Shown here piece by piece: positions 1 through 8,216 of a DNA stretch of 22,789 nucleotides. The notes beneath the pieces are model-generated. The model did not search any database. It saw only the letters and a program-made list of their open reading frames with translations, and was not told where the DNA came from. The stretch is from NCBI GenBank assembly GCA_964640345.1, contig CAZXFU010000012.1, forward strand, positions 1 to 22,789. The letters are read 5' to 3'. The DNA comes from an uncultured Eubacteriales bacterium (GTDB lineage Bacteria; Bacillota; Clostridia; TANB77; RGIG9151). The position numbers were made by a program, and so were the translations under genes. Numbering within the stretch: the first letter of the stretch is position 1; each line of letters opens with the position of its first letter.

Positions 1-18
1 TGAAGTTTCTTTGTTCAT
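1..18 (-). CDS. Possible 5' end of a gene running off the left edge (ATG at 18..16, then MNKETS...). rnr-smpB synteny would predict smpB, but six codons cannot confirm that.
   Basis: The reverse complement of 1..40 reads GAAAGGAcgtacgaactgATGAACAAAGAAACTTCA. This gives a GAAAGGA Shine-Dalgarno upstream of an ATG that stays in frame to the window edge. A strong promoter lies just upstream at 109..137. Confidence 0.25.
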
Positions 19-108
19 CAGTTCGTACGTCCTTTCTTATATTAATAATTAAAGTCTCCGGCTCTTCAAAAAAGTAAGAACCACCTCCCTATATAATAAA
101 TCAACTAT

Positions 109-137
109 ATTATAACACATAATAACTAAACTTTCAA
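109..137 (-). promoter_or_regulatory. Sigma-A type promoter downstream of rnr, driving the gene at the left edge
   Basis: On the minus strand: TTGAAA (137..132), a 17-nt spacer, then TATAAT (114..109). The -10 hexamer is consensus, the -35 hexamer is near-consensus, and the spacing is optimal. Confidence 0.5.
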
Positions 138-173
138 CTCAAACATTTCCAATACTCGCTTAGTATACGGCTT

Positions 174-2105
174 TTACTCTATTATAAAATCAATTTTTCT
201 CGTTTCAATATCTACCTTTGCTAAAACTACCTCAACCGTATCTCCAAGTCTATATACTTTATGCCGTCTTTCCCCAACAAGTGAATATTGCTTTTCGTTA
301 AAAACATAATAATCATCCGGAATGTTCTCAACTCTTACCAAGCCCTCTATTGTATTATCTAATTCAACAAAGAAGCCAAAAGAAGTAACAGATGAAATAA
401 TGCCAGTAAATTTTTCGCCGATAAACTTTTTCATAAACTCAGCTTTTTTAAGGTCTACCGAATCTCTTTCAGCCAATTGTGCCTCTCGTTCTTTATCTGA
501 TGAATGTTTTGCACCATCTGACGCAAGTTCCTTTAATTTCTTCGCTCTTTTTTCGGATTTAAACTTATAATCATTTTCAATCAGTTCACTCATAACACGA
601 TGAATAAACAAATCAGGATAACGTCTTATAGGCGAAGTAAAATGGCAATAATACTCCGCCGCAAGTCCAAAATGACCTGTATTATCCGGACTATATCTTG
701 CTTGTTGCATAGATCTTAACATAAGAGTAGAAATAATTTTTTCCTCCGGTTTACCTTTTATCTCTTCCAATAAGCTCTGAAATGCCTTTGGCTTAAGAGC
801 CGTAAGTCCTTTAACCCTATATCCGTAATTATATATAAACGATGTAAAATTTTCCAACTTTTCGCTATCCGGTAAATCATGTACTCTGTACATAAACGGA
901 ACTTCAAGCCAATAAAATCTTTCCGCAACCGTCTCATTTGCTGCAAGCATAAAATCTTCAATAATGTTATTTGAAACAGTAAGCTTATATTTTTTTACAT
1001 CAATAGGCTTGCCATCCTTGTCCAAAATTACCTTTGCTTCAGGTATTTCAAAATCAATACTTCCTCGCATCGTCCTTCTTTTCCTCAAAATACCGGATAA
1101 TTTTTCCATCAACTTAAAATCGCTAACAAGATACTTATATCTTTTTATAAGCTCCTTGTCTTTATTCTCCAATATCTTCGTAACATCCGAATAAATCATT
1201 CTCTCATTAACATTTATAACACTCTTAAAAATATCGCTGTCTACTACCTTACCTGCAGAATCAATTTGCATCATAACACTAAATGCCAGCCTATCCTCAC
1301 CCATATTAAGACTGCAAATTCCGTTTGAAAGCTTTCTAGGTAACATCGGTATTACTCTATCTACCAAATACACACTTGTCCCTCTCTCATAAGCCTCTTT
1401 GTCTAGTGGCGTACCCTCTTTAACATAATACGAAACATCAGCAATATGAACTCCCAAAAGATAATTCCCATTTGGCAGTTTCTCTATTGAAACAGCATCA
1501 TCTAAATCTTTTGCATCCTCGCCGTCAATAGTAACCATATTTACATCTCTTAAATCTCTTCTATTTTTATATTCTTTCTTTGCAATAGTATCCGGAATAG
1601 AATCAGCCTGCTCCAAAACGTCTTTAGGGAAATCTTCTTCCAACTCATGCTCATACATAATAGCCAAAATATCTGCTCCTGGTTTACCAGGCTTTCCAAA
1701 CCTCTTTAAAATTCTTCCCTCAGCCGAACGCCTTCTTTCAGGCCATTTAACAATCTCTATAGCAACAATCTCATTATTTCTCGCACCATTAAACCCGGAT
1801 TTTGGTATAAAAATATCCTCTGAAATCTTTCTATTATCCGGGACTACAAACCCAAAGCTCTTATTTTTTTCGAATTTTCCTATAATCTTTTTATGACTAC
1901 GCTCAATAATTTTAGTTACAATCCCCTCCGGACCATGTTTCTCATCTCCCTTAGAAGTAATTCTAACCTCAACCGTATCTCCGTCCCATGCACCTTTTAC
2001 ATCTGCCGGAGGAATAAAAACGTCACGCACATCCTCATCAAAAGGACGCACAAAACCAAAACCACGTTCGTTTGCCTCAAAAACTCCTTCAAACACAAGT
2101 TTCAT
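174..2105 (-). CDS. rnr: Ribonuclease R (RNB-family 3'-5' exoribonuclease), compact 643-aa form
   Basis: N-terminal cold-shock/OB folds (ERGFGFVRP, KSFGFVVP). Central RNB catalytic domain (TIDGEDAKDLDDAVS, SPIRRYPDL). C-terminal S1 domain (GIISSVTSFGFFVELD). GGAG RBS upstream. Conserved secG-rnr neighbourhood. Confidence 0.95.
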   Translation of the reverse strand: MKLVFEGVFEANERGFGFVRPFDEDVRDVFIPPADVKGAWDGDTVEVRITSKGDEKHGPEGIVTKIIERSHKKIIGKFEKNKSFGFVVPDNRKISEDIFIPKSGFNGARNNEIVAIEIVKWPERRRSAEGRILKRFGKPGKPGADILAIMYEHELEEDFPKDVLEQADSIPDTIAKKEYKNRRDLRDVNMVTIDGEDAKDLDDAVSIEKLPNGNYLLGVHIADVSYYVKEGTPLDKEAYERGTSVYLVDRVIPMLPRKLSNGICSLNMGEDRLAFSVMMQIDSAGKVVDSDIFKSVINVNERMIYSDVTKILENKDKELIKRYKYLVSDFKLMEKLSGILRKRRTMRGSIDFEIPEAKVILDKDGKPIDVKKYKLTVSNNIIEDFMLAANETVAERFYWLEVPFMYRVHDLPDSEKLENFTSFIYNYGYRVKGLTALKPKAFQSLLEEIKGKPEEKIISTLMLRSMQQARYSPDNTGHFGLAAEYYCHFTSPIRRYPDLFIHRVMSELIENDYKFKSEKRAKKLKELASDGAKHSSDKEREAQLAERDSVDLKKAEFMKKFIGEKFTGIISSVTSFGFFVELDNTIEGLVRVENIPDDYYVFNEKQYSLVGERRHKVYRLGDTVEVVLAKVDIETRKIDFIIE

Positions 2106-2124
2106 ACCTATCTTCTCCTAACCT

Positions 2125-2175
2125 AAAAAAACTTGTAAAGGTCTTATTACAGAAAAAGACCCTCACAAGTTTTTT
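2125..2175 (-). terminator. Intrinsic terminator/attenuator hairpin between secG and rnr
   Basis: The minus-strand RNA reads CUUGUGAGGGUCU, a 12-nt loop, AGACCUUUACAAG, then UUUUUUU. The stem is 13 bp including two G-U pairs. On the plus strand those two positions become A-C mismatches, which points to function on the minus-strand transcript. Confidence 0.7.
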
Positions 2176-2189
2176 ACAATTCCTTCTTT

Positions 2190-2429
2190 CTACTTATCCC
2201 AAAAAATTGTTAAACCCAAAGAGGTAATAATAAACAAAATAGCAGCATACGTCGTCAATCTTCCAAGCATTCCGTTTAACGTTCTAGCTTTATTTTTACC
2301 GAAAAACGTTTCAGCACCACCGGCAATTTCTCCTGAAATTCCGGCACTTCTGCCAGATTGCAAAATAACAATCAAAATAAGTGCTACACATACAAATATA
2401 TGCACACCCAATAATATGTTTCTTACCAT
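2190..2429 (-). CDS. secG: Preprotein translocase subunit SecG
   Basis: 79 aa with two TM helices flanking a Gly-rich loop (LQSGRSAGISGEIAGGAETFFGK). Typical SecG size and pattern. GGAGG RBS (ttggaggtcgaatttatATG). Confidence 0.9.
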   Translation of the reverse strand: MVRNILLGVHIFVCVALILIVILQSGRSAGISGEIAGGAETFFGKNKARTLNGMLGRLTTYAAILFIITSLGLTIFWDK

Positions 2430-2471
2430 ATAAATTCGACCTCCAAATTAGTATACTCATTAACTTTAGTT

Positions 2472-2500
2472 ATCATACCACAGACTAGGAATTTATACAA
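2472..2500 (-). promoter_or_regulatory. Candidate sigma-A promoter for secG
   Basis: On the minus strand: TTGTAT (2500..2495), a 17-nt spacer, then TATGAT (2477..2472) preceded by TGg (extended -10). Confidence 0.4.
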
Positions 2501-2552
2501 TACTTTTTTGTAATTTTTTATGTAACAATATGATTAATTTCCGACATAAATC

Positions 2553-2581
2553 TTGAAAAAAAGCATATTCTTTGATATATT
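2553..2581 (+). promoter_or_regulatory. Candidate sigma-A promoter for the 2618..3181 gene
   Basis: TTGAAA (2553..2558), a 17-nt spacer, then TATATT (2576..2581), about 35 nt upstream of an AGGTGG RBS. Confidence 0.45.
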
Positions 2582-2617
2582 ATCTAAGAACATAAGTTTT
2601 TAATTAGGTGGTAGAGA

Positions 2618-3181
2618 ATGTTGAATAAAAAAACAAGGTTTTTAATAATTTTTATAGCATTTGTTATCGGAATAGTATCTTCCATAGCAAAAATATATTG
2701 GCTATCGGCGATTGCAGGATTAGTTGCATTATACATGATTTTTGCATATTTTAAATATGCTTCTGTATCTCTTGCATTTAAAAGAATTCGTCAGAAGAAC
2801 CTAGAAAGTGCATATAGCCTTTTACTTGATACTCCTAATCCTAAATTGTTAACACGTGGAGAAAAAACATACTATTACTGGGGAATGGGAATTATAAAAA
2901 TAAGTGAAGATAAATTTGACGAAGCGGAAAGAGACTTCTATAACGCTTTACGCTTTGGAATTACAACTGCTAATAATATGGTGGTTATAAACCTTTCACT
3001 CGCCCAAATATGTATGTATAAAGAAGAATATGAAAAGGCTAATGTATATTTAGACGAAGCAAAGCGAATTCCGCATAAACCGGAACTCGATATAATCTTG
3101 TTTGAATTAGAAGATAAGTTAGAAAGGCTTCAAAGGCAAGAGCTTCTTCCTGAGCATTGTAAACCCAATATACTTGTATAA
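2618..3181 (+). CDS. Hypothetical membrane-anchored protein with TPR-like helical repeats
   Basis: Two N-terminal hydrophobic helices (FLIIFIAFVIGIVSSIA, LSAIAGLVALYMIFAYF). These are followed by TPR-like segments (YYWGMGIIKISEDKFDEAERDFYNAL, LSLAQICMYKEEYEKANVYLDEAKRI). AGGTGG RBS, with a terminator immediately downstream. Confidence 0.7.
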   Translation: MLNKKTRFLIIFIAFVIGIVSSIAKIYWLSAIAGLVALYMIFAYFKYASVSLAFKRIRQKNLESAYSLLLDTPNPKLLTRGEKTYYYWGMGIIKISEDKFDEAERDFYNALRFGITTANNMVVINLSLAQICMYKEEYEKANVYLDEAKRIPHKPELDIILFELEDKLERLQRQELLPEHCKPNILV

Positions 3182-3183
3182 AA

Positions 3184-3219
3184 ATACCGCAGCGTTAATA
3201 TACCTCTGCGGTATTTTTT
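3184..3219 (+). terminator. Intrinsic terminator shared by the convergent genes 2618..3181 (+) and 3238..5442 (-)
   Basis: ATACCGCAG (3184..3192), a 13-nt loop, CTGCGGTAT (3206..3214), then TTTTT. The 9-bp stem is perfect. An A-run on the 5' side gives a weaker U-tract for the minus strand. Confidence 0.7.
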
Positions 3220-3237
3220 ACCTATTTTTACACAATC

Positions 3238-5442
3238 CTACTTAACATTTGCAAATTGCAATGCCATACAAACAGCCTCAATCCTGCTTAATTCTTTACC
3301 GGGATTACATATATTATTACCGTCTCCACTAACTATCCCAAGTCCTTTTGCCAACGCCAAATACCCAATGTCTTCTCTGCTAACATCGTCACTAAAAGGC
3401 ATAGTATATATTTCAGAAAGTTTTGCAACCTTATCAAGTCCTAGCCTGTCAACAAGCATTTTAATCGCATCAAGCTTTGTGATTTTCTCCAAATTTTCAT
3501 ATTTGTCTTCATCTATATACGTTCCGACAACTTGCAATAAACCAATAAATTCTTCTTTCGAAATTGCCTTATTCGGTAAAAATTCATTTCCTTCAAAAGA
3601 ATACCCCATGTCTGTAATCAACTTAATACTTCTCTCTCCCCAATAACCCAAAATATCATCATATTTCTTTTCGGTCTTATCCTCAAAAACCTTTCCGGAA
3701 TAATCTAACTGTTCTCCGGTAAATGGAGAAATATATTGAGGAGAAATGTCAGTCCTATAAACTAATCTTACTTCTTTTTCCAAAGCATACAAATCAGAAT
3801 AATCATAATAATCTGTTTGTTCAGGATTATTTTCTATATAATGTTTATTATTAATTTCATAAACTAACTCAAAACCGTCTTTTTCAGAATAAGCCTTATA
3901 TGCCTCATCCTTACTCATTATACCTTTTGGCGATTCAAACTCAACATCGTCCGTCCAATTAACATTATAAGAATATATCTTGCCGGTAACACCATCTACA
4001 GCACCGGATATCTTATTGTATGAATATTCAATCCCTTCATTAACCCTTGAATAATCATATAGATATCCTCCGTAAACAGGCTCTTCATTAACATACTTTA
4101 ATAAATAGCCGAAATCATTTGAATCAGAAAGTTTTGTATTTGCAAATTTCTCAGCCTCTAAACTTTTTGCAAATTTTTCAAAAATATCCTCACACTCTTC
4201 ATTAGTATATTTTACATTAACTGTTTCCCACTCTTTTGACTCACTGTCATAATAACCTCTAACACTTGAATAAAAAGAAATTAACTTCCCTGTTTTTGCA
4301 TCAACTGTAGCACTGGAATATGCTCTATATGTGTCTCCGGAGTCATAATCTACATCTCTTGGATCACTAAAACTAATATTCCAAATATACTCTCCCTCAA
4401 CTTTATTTCTATAATCATATTTTTGAATAAGGCTTGCATTAACTGCTTTTGCATTTTCATCAAGAAGTAAAACATCTCTCTTTGAAGTAACAGCAGAAAT
4501 AGCCTGCACTTTAGTAATTAACCCCTTCATTTCTTCAAGTTTTATAATTTCTTGCTCAGTAAGCGCAGAATCTGCTGCCGTTTCCAAATTTGCGAAACTT
4601 TTCTGATCCAACGCATACTCTGACATATCTAAGAAATCATCATGAGTTTCATATATCTCGCCTGTTTTTGCGTCAACAGCAACATAGCTCTTATCCGGTA
4701 CATAAACCAAATAAGCCTTTGTAAATTTCTTGCCGTCCTTTTCCTCTTCCCTATTCATATATTTTAATTCCATATTAACCTTTTCGCCGATCTTTTCTCT
4801 AGCTTCATCAATGGAAATTTTAACCTCAGCATCCGGAATTAGCACATCAAAAGTCCAGTTCACATTAAGTGATTTTACAGCACCTGTCTCATAATCAACA
4901 CTTACTGTAACCGTATTGTCCGGCATTTTAACACCGTTTTCAATCCTCTCAAAAACATACGAATATGCTCCCGAATAAACGCCTGAAAATTCCGAACTTT
5001 TTAACTTTATTTTCCCAGAAACTTCAGGAACAACCTTTTCTATAAACTTAAGAACATTTTCCGTTAGTTCTTCTTTTAAATATGTAGGTTTAGAATTTTC
5101 TTTATTATAATCATATAATGAATAATCTAAAATGTGACCGTCGCTTGTAATTTTCACATTTACGCTCTTATCATTATCTTTATCTCGCCAAGTCAAGCTC
5201 CAATATTGGCTTTTCGAATACTTATTATTAGAAGAATTAAACCTATAACTAAACTCTGTTAAATCACTTGGAATATCGATTTTTTCTTTCGCCATTAATA
5301 TAACACTCTTTAACGTCTCAGAATCAGTACTGCTCTCACTACTACTTGAAATCGACATAAAACTTTCTTTTGCAAATGCAGGTGTAACAACCGGACTAAA
5401 CGCAATACACGCTGATACAACCCCTGCGACAATTTTTTTCAT
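3238..5442 (-). CDS. Secreted cell-wall-associated protein: signal peptide, two tandem PepSY-like/YcdB-type repeat modules, and C-terminal SLH domains
   Basis: I place the start at the internal ATG 5442 (MKKIVAGVVSACIAFSPVVTPAFA|KE). It has an AAAGGGGAG RBS and a classic signal peptide. The track ORF extends to 5607, but that extension overlaps cca and its promoter. C-terminal SLH-like segments are YDDILGYWGERSIKLITDMGYSFEGNEFLPNKAISKEEFIGLL and FSDDVSREDIGYLALAKGLGIVSGDGNNICNPGKELSRIEAVCMAL. Confidence 0.8.
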   Translation of the reverse strand: MKKIVAGVVSACIAFSPVVTPAFAKESFMSISSSSESSTDSETLKSVILMAKEKIDIPSDLTEFSYRFNSSNNKYSKSQYWSLTWRDKDNDKSVNVKITSDGHILDYSLYDYNKENSKPTYLKEELTENVLKFIEKVVPEVSGKIKLKSSEFSGVYSGAYSYVFERIENGVKMPDNTVTVSVDYETGAVKSLNVNWTFDVLIPDAEVKISIDEAREKIGEKVNMELKYMNREEEKDGKKFTKAYLVYVPDKSYVAVDAKTGEIYETHDDFLDMSEYALDQKSFANLETAADSALTEQEIIKLEEMKGLITKVQAISAVTSKRDVLLLDENAKAVNASLIQKYDYRNKVEGEYIWNISFSDPRDVDYDSGDTYRAYSSATVDAKTGKLISFYSSVRGYYDSESKEWETVNVKYTNEECEDIFEKFAKSLEAEKFANTKLSDSNDFGYLLKYVNEEPVYGGYLYDYSRVNEGIEYSYNKISGAVDGVTGKIYSYNVNWTDDVEFESPKGIMSKDEAYKAYSEKDGFELVYEINNKHYIENNPEQTDYYDYSDLYALEKEVRLVYRTDISPQYISPFTGEQLDYSGKVFEDKTEKKYDDILGYWGERSIKLITDMGYSFEGNEFLPNKAISKEEFIGLLQVVGTYIDEDKYENLEKITKLDAIKMLVDRLGLDKVAKLSEIYTMPFSDDVSREDIGYLALAKGLGIVSGDGNNICNPGKELSRIEAVCMALQFANVK

Positions 5443-5505
5443 AACTAAGTCTCCCCTTTCTTTTCCGGTAATTAAACATTTTATATTCATTAGACGAATA
5501 ACAAA

Positions 5506-5534
5506 TTGTATATGTTTCAAAATAATGATACAAT
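5506..5534 (+). promoter_or_regulatory. Candidate sigma-A promoter for cca
   Basis: TTGTAT (5506..5511), a 17-nt spacer, then TACAAT (5529..5534) preceded by TGa (extended -10). A second TATAAT at 5548..5553 lacks a good -35 hexamer. Confidence 0.4.
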
Positions 5535-5572
5535 TTAAAAAAATTCCTATAATAGCCAGAAGGGATAAAAAC

Positions 5573-6766
5573 ATGGAAATAAAAAAAATTGCGAAAATAA
5601 TAAACAAAAACGGCGGAAGATTATACTATGTAGGTGGATATGTACGTGATAAAATCATGAATAATCCCTCAAAGGACATAGATTTTTGTGTAGTTGGAAT
5701 TTCAAAAGAACAATTTCTTAATCTTTTCCCTGAAGCCTTTCTAAAAGGCAATTTTTTCCCTGTTTTTCAACTTTATGACTATGAATTTGCATTTGCAAGA
5801 AAAGAAGTAAAAACCGATTTAGGTCATAACGGCTTTTCTTATAACATAAAAAACATCTCAATAACCGACGACTTAATGCGAAGGGATATAACAATAAACA
5901 GCATTGCCTTAGATGTACTTACAGATGAATTAATAGACCCTTTTAACGGTGTAAAAGATATAGAAAATAAAATAATACGTGCAACATCAAGCCATTTTAC
6001 TGAAGACCCACTAAGAGTATATAGAGTCGCACAATTTGCTTCAAGATTTAATTTTGCAGTAAGCGATGAGACAAAAAAATTTATAAAATCAATGAAAAAA
6101 GAATTGTCCGCATTATCTGCTGAAAGAGTGTTTGAGGAATTAAATAAAGCATTAAAAAGTGAAAAACCTTCAGTATTTTTTAATACATTAAAAGAATGTG
6201 AACTGTTAGATATACATTTTAAAGAAATCAATGATTTAATAGGTGTTAGCCAACCACTTAAATATCATCCGGAAGGCGACGCATATAACCATTCTATGGA
6301 TGTCCTAGATAAAGTTTCAAAACTAACTAATGACGTTAAAACTCGCTTTGCAGCATTAACTCACGACCTAGGGAAAGCAAAAACATCAAAAGAAATCTTG
6401 CCACACCATTATATGCATGAAAAAAACGGTGTAGAACCGGTACAAACTCTTTGTAACAGATTAAAAACTCCAAACAATTGGAAGAAACTGGCCGTTGTTA
6501 CTGTAAAAGAACATATGCGTGCCGGACTATTTAATGAGATGTCGATCGCAAAAAAGGTTGATTTTTTAGAAAGAAATTCAAAATATTTAAGCGAACTTGA
6601 AATTATTGCCAAAGTTGACTCTAAAAATCCTGAACTAAGCTTTTATGATTTAGGGCAAAAAATGCTCAGTGAGATAAACGGGAATACGGTAAATCTCCCA
6701 AAAAACAAGGAGGCAAAAGCAATTTTACATGAGAAAAGAATAAGTTGGATGAGAAAAAGACGGTAG
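5573..6766 (+). CDS. cca: CCA-adding tRNA nucleotidyltransferase, multifunctional type with a C-terminal HD phosphohydrolase domain
   Basis: Start taken at ATG 5573 (MEIKKIAKII...), preceded by a GAAGGGA RBS. Class II nucleotidyltransferase motifs are present: GGYVRDKIMNNPSKDIDF, RRDITINS, EDPLRVYRVAQFASR. HD motifs are YHPEGDAYNHSMDV and THDLGK. The protein is colinear with the E. coli Cca type. Confidence 0.85.
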   Translation: MEIKKIAKIINKNGGRLYYVGGYVRDKIMNNPSKDIDFCVVGISKEQFLNLFPEAFLKGNFFPVFQLYDYEFAFARKEVKTDLGHNGFSYNIKNISITDDLMRRDITINSIALDVLTDELIDPFNGVKDIENKIIRATSSHFTEDPLRVYRVAQFASRFNFAVSDETKKFIKSMKKELSALSAERVFEELNKALKSEKPSVFFNTLKECELLDIHFKEINDLIGVSQPLKYHPEGDAYNHSMDVLDKVSKLTNDVKTRFAALTHDLGKAKTSKEILPHHYMHEKNGVEPVQTLCNRLKTPNNWKKLAVVTVKEHMRAGLFNEMSIAKKVDFLERNSKYLSELEIIAKVDSKNPELSFYDLGQKMLSEINGNTVNLPKNKEAKAILHEKRISWMRKRR

Positions 6767-6796
6767 CACTTTTACCGTCTTTTTCTCATCCAACTT
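6742..6796. terminator. 24-bp perfect inverted repeat (7-nt loop) at the cca / 3D-domain gene convergence; probable bidirectional terminator
   Basis: The left arm AAGTTGGATGAGAAAAAGACGGTA (6742..6765) is the exact reverse complement of the right arm TACCGTCTTTTTCTCATCCAACTT (6773..6796). The left arm encodes the last cca codons. The right arm ends in the stop codon of the minus-strand gene. Confidence 0.6.
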
Positions 6797-7658
6797 ACTC
6801 CGCCAAAGCCAAGGTGCTTTGTGAAGTGTCTTTTAATATATAAACCTTAACTTGTTGTCTTCCCCAATTAATGGTTTCTTTATGCGTATTAAAATACAAA
6901 TCGATTATTCCGCCTTTAATAGCTCCGCCTGTGTCTTCGGCAGTAGCATACCCATAATTCTTTGCACCGTTTAACCCTTCAATATATACCTTTGTGCCTA
7001 AAGGAATAACTTTAGGATCAACAGCAATTGTTCCAACCTTAGCTTTAGTTCCTGTGGCAGTAATTCCATACCATTTATTTCCCGGATACTTTCCACAGCA
7101 GTCATAACAAGAACAATATGCAGTGGCTTCGAGCTGTAAAACCCCTTCATACTCAATAAGCGTACCGTCAGCTGCTTCTAAAACTCCTTCTTCTTTTTGA
7201 ATAACATCAGGTCCCCAAGTTGTTCTTGCAGCACCACGTGAAGTAGCACTAGTAGACTTTTTTACAGAAGCACTTCTTTCTGCATTCTCCTCTTTTTCTA
7301 TTTGAACATTCTTTTCAGGTTCTAAAGTTACAACTTCTTCTATATGTTTTTCTTCCGGCATAGCCATTGCCAAAACAATAGGCTTTTCCGTTATTGAAAA
7401 CAGATTACTTTTTTCCAGCTTTCCTGACATATCAACAGATATCTCCTGATCCTCACTAACATCTATATTCTGCTCTTTTAACGCACCGGATACGGTACTT
7501 GCGAATGTTTTAAATGATATGTTGTTTCCTAAATAATTTATATTAACTTCTTTTAATTGCATTGCATAAATAACTGCAGAAAATGTAGCCATAGCTAATG
7601 CAAAGCAAGCTGCTTTTGCTATTCTTTTTGTTCTTTTTTTTCTTGCTCGTTTATTCAC
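6795..7658 (-). CDS. Membrane-anchored 3D-domain (MltA-like/YabE-type) cell-wall protein with an N-terminal DUF348-like segment
   Basis: GTG start with a GGAGGTG RBS. Basic N-terminus plus a TM helix (AACFALAMATFSAVIYA). DUF348-like region NYLGNNISFKTFASTVSGALKEQNIDVSEDQEI. C-terminal 3D domain ATAYCSCYDCCGKYPG...GTIAVDPKVIPLGTKVYIEG...ATAEDTGGAIKGGIIDLYF. Confidence 0.8.
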   Translation of the reverse strand: MNKRARKKRTKRIAKAACFALAMATFSAVIYAMQLKEVNINYLGNNISFKTFASTVSGALKEQNIDVSEDQEISVDMSGKLEKSNLFSITEKPIVLAMAMPEEKHIEEVVTLEPEKNVQIEKEENAERSASVKKSTSATSRGAARTTWGPDVIQKEEGVLEAADGTLIEYEGVLQLEATAYCSCYDCCGKYPGNKWYGITATGTKAKVGTIAVDPKVIPLGTKVYIEGLNGAKNYGYATAEDTGGAIKGGIIDLYFNTHKETINWGRQQVKVYILKDTSQSTLALAE

Positions 7659-7693
7659 TTTCTACACCTCCAACTTTTACCTATTTGATTTTA

Positions 7694-8161
7694 TTATATT
7701 TTTTTTCTCTTGTCAACTTTTCTAAGCTCTGAAAAGAAGTCCTTTAAAAGTTGTGCACATTCACTTTCCAAAACATTTCCAACAACATTTACATCATGAT
7801 TAAAAAGTCCGGGTTCAAACAAGCGAACTTTGGAATCTACGCACCCTGCCTTAGGGTCATGTGCTCCAAAAAAAATATTTTTTATTCTTGAATTAATTAT
7901 TGCACCGGAACACATAGAACATGGTTCAAGCGTTACATATAAGTCACATTCATCAAGTCTCCAGGATTTTAATTTCTTACAGGCTTTTTCAATTGCCACA
8001 ATTTCCGCATGCAAAATAGCATTGTTTTTCCTCTCCCTTAAATTATATCCTCGTGATATTATTTTATTCTTATAAACTATAACCGCACCAATCGGCACTT
8101 CTTTCTTTTTATATGCTTTTTTAGCCTCTTTTAGAGCCTCTCTCATAAAAAATTCTTCCAT
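7694..8161 (-). CDS. tadA: tRNA-specific adenosine deaminase TadA
   Basis: CDA zinc motifs HAEIVAIEKA and TLEPCSMCSGAI. 155 aa. AAGGAG RBS 5 nt upstream of the ATG at 8161. Confidence 0.92.
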   Translation of the reverse strand: MEEFFMREALKEAKKAYKKKEVPIGAVIVYKNKIISRGYNLRERKNNAILHAEIVAIEKACKKLKSWRLDECDLYVTLEPCSMCSGAIINSRIKNIFFGAHDPKAGCVDSKVRLFEPGLFNHDVNVVGNVLESECAQLLKDFFSELRKVDKRKKI

Positions 8162-8216
8162 AAATTCTCCTTATGTGCTAAAATATTTATATTGCATAAA
8201 TAAAGGTGGTAAAAAA

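Noticed and set aside
322-2126. Plus-strand and alternate-frame ORFs inside rnr (322..570, 758..961, 964..1194, 1893..2126)
   Set aside because: They are fully embedded in a well-supported conserved gene. Their Ser/Leu/Phe-rich composition is typical of antisense frames in AT-rich DNA.
5443-5607. The 55-codon N-terminal extension of the 3238..5607 ORF (MFIIFAIFFISMFLSLL...)
   Set aside because: The internal ATG at 5442 has a strong AAAGGGGAG RBS and starts a canonical signal peptide. The extension would run through the cca promoter and start codon on the opposite strand, and it looks like hydrophobic translation of AT-rich intergenic DNA.
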